A DNA stretch of 27,383 bases, from positions 1-27,383 of the IMG/VR virus record IMGVR_UViG_3300017740_000058; one strand, written 5' to 3'. The position numbers and the translations under genes are program-made. The DNA is from a virus. Lineage: Duplodnaviria; Caudoviricetes. A model generated the notes under the pieces. It saw only the letters and a program-made list of their open reading frames with translations, searched no databases and had not been told where the DNA came from. How positions within the stretch are numbered: position 1 is the stretch's first letter; each line of letters opens with the position of its first letter. Positions 25,724 through 27,383 of the stretch are shown piece after piece.

Positions 25724-25731
25724 GATAAATA
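25724..25731 (+). promoter_or_regulatory. Putative late promoter GATAAATA
   Basis: Exact motif, 5 nt before ATG 25737. Confidence 0.7.
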
Positions 25732-25736
25732 CTATT

Positions 25737-26009
25737 ATGCCTAAAGTAGCAAGATTCATGGATATGGTTGGTACTGGTGTTATTCAAAGCACCAAGCCTA
25801 CTGGCGTCTTCGTAGAAGGCAGGCCAATAGCAACACTAGGAGATACTGTATCAACACACGGTGAAGCACCGCACATTGGTGCTAGTATAATAGCCGCATG
25901 TTCTACAACAGTATTTGCAGGAAATATACCAGTTGCTATGGTAGGTTCTAAAGCAACATGTATGCATTCTGTAACAATGGGAAGTTTTACAGTTAATGTA
26001 GGGCTCTAA
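25737..26009 (+). CDS. PAAR-repeat spike-tip protein (T4 gp5.4-like)
   Basis: Three degenerate PAAR repeats (PKVARFMD, PIATLGD, PVAMVGS) with His/Cys metal ligands (TH...PH, CMH). Confidence 0.85.
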   Translation: MPKVARFMDMVGTGVIQSTKPTGVFVEGRPIATLGDTVSTHGEAPHIGASIIAACSTTVFAGNIPVAMVGSKATCMHSVTMGSFTVNVGL

Positions 26010-27043
26010 TGTCCAACCTGGTTTCTGTTCGTGGCCCCCACGCCAGAAACAATACCAACACAATAAGAGTACAATGGAATATGGGTAATTCATGTAATTA
26101 TCAGTGTGAGTATTGTCCGCCCATTTTACATAATGGAACAAAGCCTTGGTTAAGTAAAGAACAGTACATAAACGCAATAGTACGTTTATCAACGCACTAC
26201 AAAGCATTAGACAAACAGACAGAGTATGAATTAATAGGCGGAGAAGTAACTGTAATACCAGGCTTTGAAGACATAATTAAAACTATTAGTGAACAAAATA
26301 GTACTAGTATTGTGTACACCAATGCAAGTAGAACAGTAAATTGGTGGAGTAAAGCAAAACAGTATATGGATAGTGTTGTACTAACATATCACCCTCAATC
26401 GCAAGATTCCGAGCATTTCCTTAATGTTATTAATGAGATTAAGGATTATGTACATATAGACATTAATATTGCAGGAATAAGCGGAGACGTGCTCAGATTG
26501 GGCGAATTTGCAGACGAAATACGTGAATTGTTTAAAGACTGTGAGCATAACAAATACAATATGGTTAGTATATGTGTTAAAACCATGTATAAGAAGCTCT
26601 TAGGACGTCAGAATAAGCAGGAAACATACTGGCAATACACTACAGAAGAGCAAGAAATAATGCAAAGGCCTGGCATTAAAGCACAAGAATTACCAGAAAA
26701 AATTGTATTAAACATACCAGGTGCTGAGTACGTTCCAGATCCTGAACCAGATCCTAATGCCTGGATGACTGAATTTTTATATGATGATAGTACTGCTGAA
26801 TATGTTCAGAGCCATCAAATAATAGATAAAGGATTAAATTCATTTCAGGGTATGAGATGTCATTTAGGATTCGAAAGTCTTAATATAGATGCTAGTGGGG
26901 ATATGTATAGTAGTTGGTGTGGTGCATTAAATTTTGGTAACATATCAGATACTAATTGGAGTTTGCCTGAAACAAAAACAGTATGCCCTTATACTTTTTG
27001 TAATAATATAAGTGATATTTCTATTACAAAAACTCTAGATTGA
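26009..27043 (+). CDS. Radical SAM protein with C-terminal Cys cluster (SPASM/twitch-like)
   Basis: C29-x3-C33-x2-C36, GGE, TNAS; C-terminal CHLG...WC...CPYTFC. Confidence 0.88.
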   Translation: MSNLVSVRGPHARNNTNTIRVQWNMGNSCNYQCEYCPPILHNGTKPWLSKEQYINAIVRLSTHYKALDKQTEYELIGGEVTVIPGFEDIIKTISEQNSTSIVYTNASRTVNWWSKAKQYMDSVVLTYHPQSQDSEHFLNVINEIKDYVHIDINIAGISGDVLRLGEFADEIRELFKDCEHNKYNMVSICVKTMYKKLLGRQNKQETYWQYTTEEQEIMQRPGIKAQELPEKIVLNIPGAEYVPDPEPDPNAWMTEFLYDDSTAEYVQSHQIIDKGLNSFQGMRCHLGFESLNIDASGDMYSSWCGALNFGNISDTNWSLPETKTVCPYTFCNNISDISITKTLD

Positions 27044-27382
27044 CAGTTTGTCACTATTTGCAAAATTACTTAAAATAGATACAATGGATTTTTGATATTG
27101 ATCCTCTGTTTTAAATGATTGTATGTTCCAATCTGTAATATAAGTATTTGTTATAATATTTCTATCCTGGACACTATTAAATAAGTGACCTTTATAACTT
27201 ATACTTGTCTGTTTTTCAAAGTCGTTTAAAGAATCCATTTTATAAACAGTAGCACCTAAAATACTTTCGCCTTCAGGCGGCCTTACATAGTTTTTTAATA
27301 AATGATAACCTTCCATTGATTGAATGGGCTCATGATCTTTTGGTAGTTTTGATAAAGTTTTATAAGAGTAGTCGTCTATGTC
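27035..27382 (-). CDS. Hypothetical protein, start lies beyond the right window edge
   Basis: The frame of ORF 27035..27316 stays open to the window end (DIDDYSYKTLSKLPKDHEPIQSMEGY...). Confidence 0.65.
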   Translation of the reverse strand, partial: DIDDYSYKTLSKLPKDHEPIQSMEGYHLLKNYVRPPEGESILGATVYKMDSLNDFEKQTSISYKGHLFNSVQDRNIITNTYITDWNIQSFKTEDQYQKSIVSILSNFANSDKLSI

Positions 27383-27383
27383 A

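Noticed and set aside
128-26207. Numerous short minus-strand and off-frame ORFs in the track
   Set aside because: They overlap longer, coupled + strand genes and show antisense-type composition with no recognisable motifs.
1-27383. Stop-codon reassignment, as seen in some large phages
   Set aside because: Coding density is near-complete under the standard code, and TAA, TAG and TGA all end genes at sensible positions.
1-27383. tRNA or other structured RNA genes
   Set aside because: Intergenic gaps are short and explained by promoters and terminators; no cloverleaf was seen by eye.

Overview
AT-rich fragment of a large tailed phage genome, most likely a T4-like contractile-tail phage. All genes are on the + strand except the last. 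Recognisable genes are class Ia nrdA and nrdB with a free-standing GIY-YIG endonuclease between them, an Sm-like protein, a PAAR spike-tip protein, a radical SAM protein, a PD-(D/E)XK exonuclease, an SGNH-like hydrolase and a probable tail/fibre protein. A recurrent GATAAATA motif resembling the T4 late promoter precedes many genes, and three genes appear to be leaderless. Two unexplained structures stand out. (1) About ten genes encode N-termini resembling the T4 internal-protein capsid-targeting sequence. They include a ligase-fold protein, a 2090-aa amidoligase + nuclease protein and a 587-aa ParB + GNAT + Cys-His-Asp protein whose domain borders fall on possible prohead-protease sites, suggesting an injected, protease-processed enzyme cargo. 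(2) A tandem array of self-contained promoter-hairpin-RBS-gene-terminator cassettes encodes diverged 'MAQT' paralogues. All family assignments come from motif recognition by eye; no searches were run.
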